Counted from the whole stretch's first letter, positions 24,899 through 37,391 are shown. The stretch: DNA of 63,267 nucleotides, filler included, from Octopus bimaculoides (GCF_001194135.2; 6 parts of 6 records of this genome joined end to end with filler, not necessarily neighbours in it); one strand, 5' to 3'. Notes: generated by a model from the letters alone, not told the origin. A program made the numbers and translations.

Positions 24899-25279
24899 TT
24901 TGCATTTACTCTGTCCAGATTACAAGTTCAGGTTTATACCTGTAATTATTGGGGCCCTGGGATATGTAACACACTACTTTAATACCAGTCTTGAGAAATT
25001 AGGCATCTCAAAACCAGAAAGGAGAAAGCTAATTCGAAGACTACAGATCCAATCCATCACTGGAACTGTAAAAATCTGTAAAACTTTTCAGAAGTTTATC
25101 GTTTAAATATATATGAGCATGTCTAGATATGCAACTATATGCATGAGAATACATACATAAAACATACAAATCTGTACATACATACATACATACATACATA
25201 CATACATACATGCATACATACATACATACATACATGCATACATACATACATACATACATGCATACATACATACATACAG
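24899..25279 (+). mobile_element. 3' end of a restriction-endonuclease LINE with (CATA)n in the 3' UTR
   Basis: LHLLCPDYKFRFIPVIIGALGYVTHYFNTSLEKLGISKPERRKLIRRLQIQSITGTVKICKTF*. A second copy lies at 31599-31830. Confidence 0.8.
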
Positions 25280-26721
25280 NNNNNNNNNNNNNNNNNNNNN
25301 NNNNNNNNNNNNNNNNNNNNNNNNNNNNNNNNNNNNNNNNNNNNNNNNNNNNNNNNNNNNNNNNNNNNNNNNNNNNNNNNNNNNNNNNNNNNNNNNNNNN
25401 NNNNNNNNNNNNNNNNNNNNNNNNNNNNNNNNNNNNNNNNNNNNNNNNNNNNNNNNNNNNNNNNNNNNNNNNNNNNNNNNNNNNNNNNNNNNNNNNNNNN
25501 NNNNNNNNNNNNNNNNNNNNNNNNNNNNNNNNNNNNNNNNNNNNNNNNNNNNNNNNNNNNNNNNNNNNNNNNNNNNNNNNNNNNNNNNNNNNNNNNNNNN
25601 NNNNNNNNNNNNNNNNNNNNNNNNNNNNNNNNNNNNNNNNNNNNNNNNNNNNNNNNNNNNNNNNNNNNNNNNNNNNNNNNNNNNNNNNNNNNNNNNNNNN
25701 NNNNNNNNNNNNNNNNNNNNNNNNNNNNNNNNNNNNNNNNNNNNNNNNNNNNNNNNNNNNNNNNNNNNNNNNTGTGTGTGTGTGTGTGTAAATTCAATAT
25801 GGAATCACAGTGAAAATATGTAATTCCAAGTTTCGGATAAATATACTATACTGAAGATTAAGTGTTAAATCTAATCAAATCAAATCAATACAATTGCTAT
25901 GTTTAAGTGATCAGACATAGCCCGATTCGATCTCAACGAGTGAAGATGCAAAGGAAGTAGCTTTACTTCCGTTCTAAGTGGGCTCTAGGAATTAAAAAAA
26001 AAAATTAAATATACGCCCTTTAATTGTGAGTTTGAGCAGATAGAAAGTAACTTTAGGGGAACTAGTTGGTAAGATTAATCGTGATAAATATGTAACGCCT
26101 CTCGCTAGGTCAACTGTGAGTGTTTAATTATAAATGAGAATTAAAAAAAAAAAAAAGAAATGAAAAGAGTATTAAGTCATTATTGAAATAGCAATGGAAT
26201 AAAAATATATGAAACTATTTCAAAATTTAATGAATATTAAAAAATATAAAATCTAGGAAAAATTATTAAATTATGATATAATATAAATATTCTTTTCTAC
26301 TCTAGACCCGAAATTTTTGGGGTGAGGACCAGTCGATTACATCGACCCCAGTGCATAACTGGTGCTTAATTTATCGATCCTGAAAGGATGAAAGGCAAAG
26401 TCGACCTCGGCGGAATTTGAACTCAGAACTTAAAGACAAACGAAATACCGCTAAGCACTTCGCCTGGCGTTATAGCGTTTCTACCAGCCTTAATATAAAT
26501 GTAAATATTATAGTACAACATATTGGTAAGGGATGGAAAATGTAATGAAAAATAAGAAATATTGGATAGTTGAGTTAATAAAGAAATTTGGAAATTGAAG
26601 GAAAAAAGATTTGAGGTTAAGAATTTAAAAATAAAAAGATTATGTGAAATTAAAATGAAAAAGCAAACAAATTAAAAATCAAATATACACACAGGTATAT
26701 AAAAATACAGCTAAACATGTG

Positions 26722-26754
<33 letters not shown>

Positions 26755-26755
<1 letters not shown>

Positions 26756-26945
26756 CGTGGTCTGATGAATAAATATCCGGACTATTGCCATAGTAACGAA
26801 GCTAAAGCACGCATGCGCACTAAATTTTAACATTCTATCTCACTTCCGCTGCTTACAGTACCGTTTGGAAATAAGGTGTGTAGCATGTGATCGTCGCATT
26901 GACCATGAGAGAGAAAGTTGAGCAGAAAATCTGCATCAAATGTTT
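26755..26945 (+). mobile_element. Mariner 5' end (TIR + start of ORF)
   Basis: TA-cgtggtctgatgaataaatatccggact TIR-like start next to (TA)n, followed by MREKVEQKICIK. Confidence 0.6.
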
Positions 26946-27189
26946 GACTTCTGCTTCACATTTGTACAAGTTGGCTCCAAGTCTCACCCAGAGGCCTCAA
27001 GAGACAAGTTAGCAGTTCATGTTGCTGTTATGCCTATATATTTGGTTTTGTACATAGTGGTTTTGTACATAGTGCTGTTCTAGAGAATGTTTAAGAAACC
27101 ATAAGAAAATTATGTATTTGTTTTAAAACTTGAGCTTACATAGAAAATATTTTGCGTAGGATATGAATTTTGCGTAGGATTTGAATTTC

Positions 27190-27635
27190 TACTGTCTCTC
27201 TTATTCAATATGACAATATCCAGCCGACGGCGTTCGATTACACGATCCGCCTCAAAATCATAGTCCCAGAGTATCGTTACTTTTCCATCCTCCTGCATAA
27301 CTTTACTTGGTAATATGCTCGTACCAGTTCTCTGTTACTTCATATTGATATTTACGGTATAAGAGCTAATGAAAATACACACTTTATCGCAGCAACTCTT
27401 GTATTCTTTTGTGAAAGGCTCTCATAACCACTTACCACTTGGGTCACATTTTCCACACTCTTTCCACAGAGTCTGTATTTCTGGGTGTCAGAAGTTTATA
27501 GATGTTATACTTCATTGAATTGGTAGCGAAAGCCTGGTCTTGTGCAGCAATGATCAGACTTTCGGTGGTACGCTTCAAATCACCTCGCTCAAATTCTACT
27601 GCAACTCTTAACCCTTGACACCTGGTTCATTTCAT
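27190..27635 (-). mobile_element. R4/Dong-type LINE fragment (zinc knuckle + restriction-like endonuclease)
   Basis: Minus strand reads GDLKRTTESLIIAAQDQAFATNSMK...RLCGKSVENVTQVVSG...ENWYEH...VTILWDYDFEADRVIERRRLDIVILNK. Confidence 0.85.
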
Positions 27636-27958
27636 CTCCCTCCCTCTCCCCCCCCCAATTCTTGACATCTATCTGCTACTCTTCATCAATTTTACTTAGG
27701 TTTCTGGGTAAACAAACAAAACCATCCAATTTTCTCCCAATACTTTTCTCTCGTACAACACCTTTTCCGCCTCCCCACTATTTCCCTTTACATATCTTCC
27801 TCTTCGTTTATCCACCTTTCTCTCTCTCCCCACTCTATTGCCTTCTGACTTTATACATATCTCTCCCTAAGCATACATATCTAAACGCCTAACTTGGTAA
27901 TTGCTCCATTCACATAAATATTGAAAATTTAGTATCAATTTCTTTATATGTTGAAAGC

Positions 27959-28033
27959 TTTAAATGAAGAAGGTTTACGTAATGGATCCATTTCCTATGA
28001 TATATTACGAAAACCTGAAGCGTACGTATGAAA
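27959..28033 (+). ncRNA. Degenerate hammerhead-like motif
   Basis: tttaa ATGAAGA aggttt-a-cgtaat...attacg-a-aaacct GAAG CGTACG TA tgaaa. Two core substitutions, stems retained. Confidence 0.4.
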
Positions 28034-28128
28034 TGCTCTCAAAATATTTGGTTTGACTTCATTATTACAACTTTGTATGTATGTATGTATGAATGTACGT
28101 ACGTAAGTATGCATACACGCACACACAC

Positions 28129-28167
<39 letters not shown>

Positions 28168-28169
<2 letters not shown>

Positions 28170-28342
28170 CAGGGTTGGCCAAAGTCATCTGACAGTAAAT
28201 CAAAATCATTTTACATCATGAAAATAGTTCAAACTGAAGTCCTTCGTGAGCGACACATTTTCCCATTCGAGTTAATACAGAATTACAGATAGTATTTATG
28301 GAATTTTGATTTACTATCAGGTGACATTTGGTCAACCCGCTA
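28168..28342. mobile_element. Tc1/mariner-type MITE
   Basis: About 38-bp imperfect TIRs (cagggttggccaaagtcatctgacagtaaatcaaaat / attttgatttactatcaggtgacatttggtcaacccgc) flanked by TA. Confidence 0.75.
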
Positions 28343-28989
28343 CCTATCTATCTATCTGTCCATTTGCTCGACTAAAGGCGGTGCTCCAGCATGGCCGCAG
28401 TCAAATGACTGAAAGAAGTAAAAGACAGCTTGTATACCTAATTTGAGTAATACTAATCTTTGTCATAGTATTGTTAGTCTAGCAGAACACCCAATGGCAA
28501 CAACCACCATACGCTACTGATAGTTACTGCGTACTAGAATTACAAAGTTACACGATCTTAATCGATTTTCACACCTTATTGGGTTCTCATCAGAGGTGTC
28601 TACATTATTCTGAGTCTCAAGACAAACAGGCAACCAAACTGTTTATATACTCAACAAATGCAGCAGTTACTCTATGAAGGGGTCTCTAATTTGCATACCG
28701 AAAGTGTTCAACACTCTATAAATACCAGCGACATATAATAGCAGTGTAGTGTTGCTATACGTTAATTATATTGACGTGTCATCCAGTTGTACTGTAGTGT
28801 GATATATAATAACAATGTATAATATTACATAGCCCTGTTATACTGTGCTATATAATAACAACATAACAGTATTTCTTGAAAATATCTTTAAAGCATTACT
28901 CAATATAGCATAACATTTAAGTTGGATATTGTGTTTGGTTATAATTGTATCACAATGTGGTAGTGTGACTTTGCCCTAATAATATTGGT

Positions 28990-29880
28990 TTTAGATTTTG
29001 ACACAATGCCAGGAATTTTGGGGGAGGGTGCTAGTCGATTACATCGACCCCAGTGTTCAGCTGGTACTTAATTTATCGCCCCCCCCCGAAAGCATGAAAG
29101 GCAAAGTCGACTTCAACGGAATTTGAACCCGNNNNNNNNNNNNNNNNNNNNNNNNNNNNNNNNNNNNNNNNNNNNNNNNNNNNNNNNNNNNNNNNNNNNN
29201 NNNNNNNNNNNNNNNNNNNNNNNNNNNNNNNNNNNNNNNNNNNNNNNNNNNNNTCGATTACATCGACCCCAGTGTTCAGCTGGTACTTAATTTATCGCCC
29301 CCCCCGAAAGCATGAAAGGCAAAGTCGACTTCAACGGAATTTGAACCCGGAACGTGCAGACAGACGAAATGCCCCTATGCATTTTGCCCGGTGTACTAAC
29401 GATTCTGCCAACTCGCCGCCTTGTCCTAATATATAATATTCTTTTCTACTCTAGGCACAAGGCCCGAGATTTTGAGGGAGGAGGCCAGTCAATTAGATCG
29501 ATCCCAGTACGCAACTGGTACTTAATTTATCGACCACGAAAGGATGAACGGCAAAGCCGACCTCGGTGGAATTTGAACTCAGAACGTGAAGACACGACGA
29601 AATACCACTAAGCATTTCGCCTGGCGTGCTAACGTTTCTTATTTCTTTACTGCCCACAAGGGGCTACACACAGAGGGGACAAACAAGGACAGACAAAGGG
29701 ATTAAGTCGATTATATTGACCTCAGTGCGTAACTGGTACTTATTTAATCGACCCCGAAAGGATGAAAGGCAAAGTCGACCGCAGCAGAATTTGGACTCAT
29801 CAGATCGTAAAGACGGACGAAATGCCGCTAAGCGTTTGGTCCGGCATGCTAACGATTCTGCCAGCTCTCCACCTCAGCAA
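28990..29880 (-). mobile_element. Head-to-tail cluster of a second tRNA-derived SINE family (3-4 units)
   Basis: Repeated tcgattacatcgaccccagt...ggtacttaatttatcgacc...gaaaggcaaagtcgacctcggcggaatttgaactcagaacg...gctaagcatttcgcc. Other copies at about 3592-3812, 4157-4272, 7055-7220, 22480-22610, 26290-26490, 42190-42365 and 43730-43875. Confidence 0.9.
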
Positions 29881-30441
29881 CAACAGTAATATGAACAACC
29901 AAATGTTTTGCTTTGGTATAATTGTTAGCACGTCTGTCTTGTTTACAGGTGATGTGAGTTCGAGTTCCACGGAAGCCAGTCTAATGGTTGAAACAAATGA
30001 CTGAAATGATATAAGAAAGTACTATCAGATGAATCCCCTTTACATCCCTTATATATTCTTACTTCCCTTGTTCTATAGCTGTAAACTCATGACTATTTGT
30101 TAAACGAAACCCCTGATATAAACATTACCAGTTTTATTTTTACCTCATTATTTTTTTAAATTAGAAAATACATAAAAATGCAAAATAAAAAACACTCAAC
30201 AGAAACATTTTTATATTCTATCATTTACGCAATGTATTACTTTCATTTAATTTTATGAAAATTCGTTTCATCGATGTATTAAGGACGAAATTAATAATTC
30301 ACAAATAGAGAATTCTGAATATTTAGAAAAAATATTCTATAAGCTGTAAACATAAAAATAGAAGAGGAAGGGAAAAAATTTGAATATTGATGCTTAAAAA
30401 ATAGATCTAAATCATAAAAAGTGAGGCAAGACATTTTAATA

Positions 30442-30496
<55 letters not shown>

Positions 30497-30498
30497 AA

Positions 30499-30562
<64 letters not shown>

Positions 30563-31598
30563 GTCTGCTTGTCTNNNNNNNNNNTCATATATCCATGCAT
30601 ACATGTATATGCACATATACATACCCATAGTTATGCATGTATGTATGTATAGATCTACATATATTTATACGCACATGCACATACACACATACTGATTTAA
30701 ACTGATATTTTTTCTCGTTATTTGTTTCAACACATTGTAATCCTTCAGGCTGCTATTCTTTGTTTTCGTTTTTTCCTTTTTTAAAATGGATGTCATATAC
30801 ATTGAAGCGTGTTCGTTTTCAGTTTCTGTTTATCAATTTTATTGTATGTTGTTAAATATTATTTAGTTAAGATAATATTTTTCTTTTATTATTGTCGTGA
30901 CGTTTTGTTTGGCAATATCCGCGGATGGTTTTCTTTATAGGGTGAACTCATTACCATTTTCAGTTTTACTAAATTTTCATTGTGTTTTCGTCTGACTTCA
31001 CTCTATGATAGTTTTGTCTGATGTCACTAAATTTTGTTATGCTTGTAGAGTGTTGTTCTGTTTTGCTTGTTATATCTTGGCTTCTAAATTCTCATTAGTT
31101 TTTATTGATTAATTCGTTGACCACTGGTCGATCTTGCAGCTGAGTTTGTCCAAATTCTTATGTATGGCTCGGAAATGTATCACTACCATTTCCACCGCTA
31201 GTTTGTAATTAGATATTTACTCTGTTTGCAAAACCAAAACAGTTTTGAAACACGAATTTCTGATGTCATCCCGATTCTTCTGTTGACAAAGTATATTTGT
31301 TGCGTTATTAAGTTGTATCTTTCTGAGATGCACGGAAGACATGTCCAAGCACCGTTTATTGTCTATTACATAAACAAAGATACATAAATACCTTGTGGCT
31401 ATCAATGATTCATAGGCGAGTATGATCAGCACTGAACATCTTATCCAAGATGTTAAAGACAATGGCTGTCAGTAATGTTCGTGCATACATACATACATAC
31501 ATACATACATACATACATACATACACATGCATACATACATATGTACATACATAAGTACGTATGTACATACATACACAAGTACGTATGTAACACACTGC

Positions 31599-31920
31599 CT
31601 AAATACCAATCTTGAGAAATTGGGCTTCTCAAAACCAGAAAAGAGCAAGCTGATTCGAAGACTACAGATGTAATCAATCACTGGAATTGTAAAAATCTGT
31701 AAAACTTTCTATTTAAATATATATGAGCATGTCTAGAATGCAGCAAAATGTATACAAAGACATACATAAAGCAAAACATACAAATCTGCACTTATATACA
31801 TAAACACATACAAACATACATACATATATACAAACAAAAATACCCTGTTGTTGGTGTTGAAATTCCAATGAAGAAGCCTTGGATCTAGGTTAAAAACCGG
31901 CTCTTTCTTTTGTGATAGAG
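31599..31920 (+). mobile_element. More truncated second copy of the same LINE 3' end
   Basis: Near-identical to 24982-25200 (aataccaatcttgagaaattgg...gtaaaaatctgtaaaacttt...gagcatgtctaga). Confidence 0.75.
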
Positions 31921-31974
31921 GTCTGCTATGGAATTTGTCTTGTGGTAATTTTATGTAATGTATGATTATCGCTA

Positions 31975-32225
31975 GTGGAGGCACGTGGCTTAGTGGTTAG
32001 GGTGTCAGCATCATGATCGTAAGATTGTGGTTTCGATTCCTGGACCGGGCGATGCGTTGTGTTCTTGAGCAAAACACTTAATTTCACATTGCTCCAGTCC
32101 ACTCAGCTGGCAAAAATGAGTAACACTGCGATGGACTGGCGTCCCGTCCGGCTGGGGAAAGCATATGCCATTGAAACCGGGAAACCGGGCCCATGATCCT
32201 GGCTAGGCTTTAAAAGGGTGCATTT
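31975..32225 (+). mobile_element. Fourth tRNA-derived SINE family with conserved central domain
   Basis: gtggaggcacgtggcttagtggttagggtg (A box), ggtttcgattcc (B box), ctccagtccactcagctggcaaaaatgagta core. Degenerate relatives at about 7870-8030, 33830-33960 and 34120-34270. Confidence 0.8.
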
Positions 32226-32274
32226 ATTATATTATATGATTATCGCTAGGTATCAAATTCTGTCTTCTATTTAT

Positions 32275-32500
32275 AAACTTGTTACTCCAGGTGCTTCTCT
32301 GTTGACTGCTTTGTATATGGTAAAGGATGCTGCATTACATGTTTAAGTTATGCTGTCCAGAAAGAGTTTATGGTGGCTGTCTTTGTTTGCTGTATACAGA
32401 TATTTCGTTTTGTCTGCGAATATGAATATTTTTAATGTCATTTGTAATGATATGATCTCTAGATGTGGTTGCTTTGGAAACTGCTTCTATGACCTTTCAT
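32275..32500 (-). mobile_element. Penelope-like element fragment upstream of the RT core
   Basis: Minus strand reads IFIFADKTKYLYTANKDSHHKLFLDSIT..IYKAVNREA, resembling the ADKT-motif region of PLE ORFs. Confidence 0.6.
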
Positions 32501-32795
32501 GTTTTTCTTTATAATGTCTCTGAGCGATACTTCAAATTTCTCTTAAGTTCTTTAGCTGCTGTGAGCAACGTGTGTTCTGAAATTTCTTGTGTGAGTTTAC
32601 CATCATGTCTTTTTTTTTCCGTGATGCCGTGCTTTTTTACCACCTACATTAATTCAGTCTTCTGGTTTGTGGACTGGACATTTAGAGTACACATTTTTAT
32701 ACGCATAGAAATGTTCTTTGTGCTTCTCCACAGTCAGTTTGCTTTTTGATTTAGAACAAATTCCACTCATATGACAAAGACAATACTTGTACAAT

Positions 32796-33183
32796 TGTTG
32801 GCACTCCGTCGCTTACGACGTCGAGGGTTGCAGTTGATCCGATCAACGGAACAGCCTGTTCGTGAAATTAACGTGCGAGTGGCTGAGCACTCCACAGACA
32901 CGTGTACCCTTAACGTAGTTCTCGGGGATATTCAGCGTGACACAGTGTGACAAGGTTGACCCTTTGAATTACAGGCACAACAGAAACAGAAACAGGGAGT
33001 AAGACTGAGAGAAAGTTGTGGTGAAAGAGTGCAGCAGGGTTCGCCACCATCCTCTGCCGGAGCCTCGTGGAGCTTTAGGTGTTTTCGTTCAATAAACACT
33101 CACAACGCCCGGTCTGGGAATTGAAACCGCGATCCTATGACCGCGAGTCCGCTACCCTAACCATTGGGCCATTGCGCCTCCAC
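32796..33183 (-). mobile_element. Full-length tRNA-derived SINE with 11-bp target-site duplication
   Basis: Head gtggaggcgcaatggcccaatggttaggg (A box) and ggtttcaattcc (B box). TSD acttgtacaat at 32785-32795 and 33184-33194. Same family at 3820-4150, 23211-23509 and 41695-42032. Confidence 0.9.
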
Positions 33184-34857
33184 ACTTGTACAATAACTGT
33201 AAAATATATTACTTACAGAATATTTTTTAGGCTATGCGGATTCCTCACTATCTTCATGAAAACATAATGAGGAACAGAAAAAGGATCTGACCACCACTCC
33301 AGTAAACATACTTTCCATTGCTCCATAAGCATTTCATCGAGATTCTGCAACATAATATTCATTACATAGTCTTCGAGGAATTCATACAATGATGCTTTCC
33401 TCAGCGCAATCCAGTTGTTATTGTCTGTAGTTGTTTTCTTCTCGAGTAATTCCTTGTAAGATTATCTTAATTATCAAGAATCGCTGTCTCCTTTTATTGT
33501 TACGTCTTTATCTTCTCCTTTTCCTATTTCTTCCTTCTCTCCACGTATTATTTTGTCGATAGCACCTTTGTGTGTCCTTTTCCTGCTGTTTCCCATCTTC
33601 TTATGGTCATTCTTTACTCATAATGCTATCATTGAGGGTTTCGTTATTCGACGATGAGGATTTCGTTGTTTGATCTACTAATTTACCCGCTCCTGAATTA
33701 ACATTGAGCATTCCATAGACACACCTTTCATGTAATCTCAAGCAGAGCCAGTAAAATACAATATGTAGCAAATTTGTACGTTTTTGAATCCTCTGTACAA
33801 TCTACTCGACGGGTTTCCATACACTTTCCATCAATCTAATTTCACTGTCAAAGTATTGGTTCAACGCAAGACTATAGAAAATGACGCTCAAAATGTCACT
33901 TTGTGGGATTGAATCCGACACCTTGTGCTTGCGAAGTGAACTCCTTAACGTTCGGCCATACTGTGTCTACTGTCCGAAATAGTCATGCAAAGAAAAGTAA
34001 AAGTTCTCCGTATAAGTGCTACAATTTATAACAAAAGTTAATTATATTGGTTTCAAATTATTGGCTCATGGCCAACAATTTCGGAGGAGGAATAAGTTGA
34101 TTGGGTAAAGTAAAGTTACTCTCCTGAGTCATACCGACTATTAGGGGCCTGTTTTCTGGTTTCATGGCTTATATATTCCTCACTTGGACGGTGGCGTATA
34201 TATTTCTCACTGGTCCGTCGTAGGATGACTCATTTTTTGCCAGCTGAGTAGACTAGAGCGACGTGAAATGAAGTGTATATATATATATATATATATATAN
34301 NNNNNNNNNNNNNNNNNNNNNNNNNNNNNNNNNNNNNNNNNNNNNNNNNNNNNNNNNNNNNNNNNNNNNNNNNNNNNNNNNNNNNNNNNNNNNNNNNNNN
34401 NNNNNNNNNNNNNNNNNNNNNNNNNNNNNNNNNNNNNNNNNNNNNNNNNNNNNNNNNNNNNNNNNNNNNNNNNNNNNNNNNNNNNNNNNNNNNNNNNNNN
34501 NNNNNNNNNNNNNNNNNNNNNNNNNNNNNNNNNNNNNNNNNNNNNNNNNNNNNNNNNNNNNNNNNNNNNNNNNNNNNNNNNNNNNNNNNNNNNNNNNNNN
34601 NNNNNNNNNNNNNNNNNNNNNNNNNNNNNNNNNNNNNNNNNNNNNNNNNNNNNNNNNNNNNNNNNNNNNNNNNNNNNNNNNNNNNNNNNNNNNNNNNNNN
34701 NNNNNNNNNNNNNNNNNNNNNNNNNNNNNNNNNNNNNNNNNNNNNNNNNNNNNNNNNNNNNNNNNNNNNNNNNNNNNNNNNNNNNNNNNNNNNNNNNNNN
34801 NNNNNNNNNNNNNNNNNNNNNNNNNNNNNNNNNNNNNNNNNNTGATTGTCTCCGTAT

Positions 34858-34894
34858 TCTTTCTGTTGAAGAGCGTAGCTCGAAACGTCAAAGA
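34858..34894 (+). ncRNA. Minimal dimer-type hammerhead-like motif with one core mutation
   Basis: tcttt CTGTTGA a gagc-gta-gctc GAA ACGT C aaaga. Confidence 0.5.
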
Positions 34895-35295
34895 CTTTCC
34901 GTATTCCCGAGCGTCATACTAATATATACTTTTGTTATTTACACCACCTGTCCTCGTCTGTTGTTATTATTTGTATATTCTCCCATATATATATATAAAA
35001 TGATATATATATAAGCTTTTTCCTCACGAACACAACGCATATTGTTTTTCTTACATGTTGGCCACTGATAAGGTCATTAACTGATTTTATCCTTGATTGT
35101 GTATGCATATATAATTATTCATTTACTACGATCCTGATATTTACTACGGTAATATCTTGATCAAATACGCACTTGGTTGAGATGAATAATCGAATTTGCC
35201 TGATATATACGTGTGGATAATTGTATATATTTGTATATATACGAATGTATTTGCATGGGTATGTATATATATTCATATTTATGTACTTCTGGTAT

Positions 35296-35356
35296 ATTCT
35301 ACTGATGACGGTAAAGTAATTTGTATTACTAAATTAGAAATCGGACGATCTAGAAT
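35296..35356 (+). ncRNA. Type I hammerhead-like motif, stem II base degenerate
   Basis: attcta CTGATGA cggtaa-agtaat-ttgt-attact-aaatta GAAA tc-ggac-ga TC tagaat. Perfect 6-bp stem I, intact core, AUC triplet. Confidence 0.6.
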
Positions 35357-35784
35357 TATCTTCAAGATTTTACTAAATCTCTCATTCATTTGTTGGCTTT
35401 CAGTTTTGTGCTAATGGAATGTACTTTGAAGTGGTTTTTCGAGTCTCTTGACGTCTATCTCTAGCGTGTAGGTGCTGTTTCTCAGTATCCTTAATTATAA
35501 TTATATCTATATAATTATATATACAGATATAATTATATAGACTATCGCTTGTGTTACATTCCCAACCCTGGTGTGATAGGTGAAAATCCGTGCAGTAGAA
35601 ACAGTACTGTACTGTATATTATTATTATTATTATTATTTTCATGATTCGTATATATTTATTATATTATAAATGCAAAACACCACAGCGGAATCGACGTAA
35701 CCTTAAATAATAAACCGCAATAAGTGAACTGCGATATGGCGAGGGATTACTGTATATATATATGTATGTATGTACGTATGTATG

Positions 35785-35819
<35 letters not shown>

Positions 35820-36010
35820 TGACATGCGAACACAAATATACACATAAACACATACACATAAACACATACACACAAAGAGGGAGAGAGAGATATAGGTGAA
35901 TAGAGAGGGAGAGGTAGAAAGAGGAGATACAGAAAGAGAATGCACACACACACACACACACACTTATATATGCGTGGCACATATATATGTGTGGCACATA
36001 TATATGTGTG

Positions 36011-36054
<44 letters not shown>

Positions 36055-36138
36055 GTACCACATATATATGGATTTACTTTTCGTAATGAGATAAAAGACC
36101 AAGGCTGTGTATAATATAGAACATTTATAAAACAGAAT

Positions 36139-36186
36139 GTCTTACAGCTGTTTCCAGGATATTTATTATATCCCTTCATCGGAGAC
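36139..36186 (-). ncRNA. Minimal dimer-type hammerhead-like motif with one core mutation
   Basis: Minus strand: gtct CCGATGA a-gggatat-aataa-atatcct-g GAA ACAGCTGT A agac. Confidence 0.55.
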
Positions 36187-36838
36187 GGTGTGAGATGATG
36201 ATTAAGCAATAGTTAGTTTAGTTAAGATAGGAAATAGAGAGTGAATGTAGGGATATTGNNNNNNNNNNNNNNNNNNNNNNNNNNNNNNNNNNNNNNNNNN
36301 NNNNNNNNNNNNNNNNNNNNNNNNNNNNNNNNNNNNNNNNNNNNNNNNNNNNNNNNNNNNNNNNNNNNNNNNNNNNNNNNNNNNNNNNNNNNNNNNNNNN
36401 NNNNNNNNNNNNNNNNNNNNNNNNNNNNNNNNNNNNNNNNNNNNNNNNNNNNNNNNNNNNNNNNNNNNNNNNNNNNNNNNNNNNNNNNNNNNNNNNNNNN
36501 NNNNNNNNNNNNNNNNNATATATGGGTACATATGCATAAATATATAGACACGCGAACACAAATATACAGTGACATAAGAAGACATTGCAGCACACACAAG
36601 TACGCACACAGATGTACAGAGCAATTCACACAGACACACACTCACACACGCTCATACACACATACACACACCCACCGTCGCCCCACATCATTCTTCCTTA
36701 CACTACTATACACAAAGATATCCAAGAGTAACAGCGACCTCTTACGTAGTACACATCTCTATCTTACTATTGGTGAAAGAGAGAGAGAGAGAGAGAGAGA
36801 CAGAGAGTCTGAGGGACAGAATGGGAAAGACAGATTAT

Positions 36839-36885
<47 letters not shown>

Positions 36886-36969
36886 ATAAAGAAAATAGTG
36901 ATCTCAATAATCGACTCTCACCAAAGAAACCTAATTTCAAAGCCACAACTCTTTAGGCCACAATTACAC

Positions 36970-37004
<35 letters not shown>

Positions 37005-37036
37005 TCATTCTTTCTTTCGTTCTTTCTTTCTTTCGT

Positions 37037-37068
<32 letters not shown>

Positions 37069-37228
37069 TTCCTTCTTTCTTTTCTCTCAGTCTCATCCTC
37101 ATTCCTCTTACACTCTTACACTCTCTTTTAAGTATTTTCTTTCATTTTCACTTCTTTCTGGCCACCAACGTCTATGTATGTATGTATGTATGTATGTATG
37201 TATGTATGTATGTATGTATGTATGTATG

Positions 37229-37262
<34 letters not shown>

Positions 37263-37334
37263 CTTATGTATGTATCTATATGTCTATCGATTTATGTAAC
37301 TATCTATTTATCTATCAATCAACCTACTTATATG

Positions 37335-37391
<57 letters not shown>

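Noticed and set aside
25845-25905. CTGAAGA-ttaag...ctaatc hammerhead candidate
   Set aside because: No GAAA, and no stem III or cleavage site in register.
28545-28605. Minus-strand CTGATGA...GAAA hammerhead candidate
   Set aside because: Stem II is weak and stems I and III fit only with extra nucleotides; not supportable by hand.
33100-33183. tRNA genes at SINE heads (also 31975, 41950, 59690)
   Set aside because: A and B boxes are present, but there is no full cloverleaf and they continue into multicopy SINE bodies.
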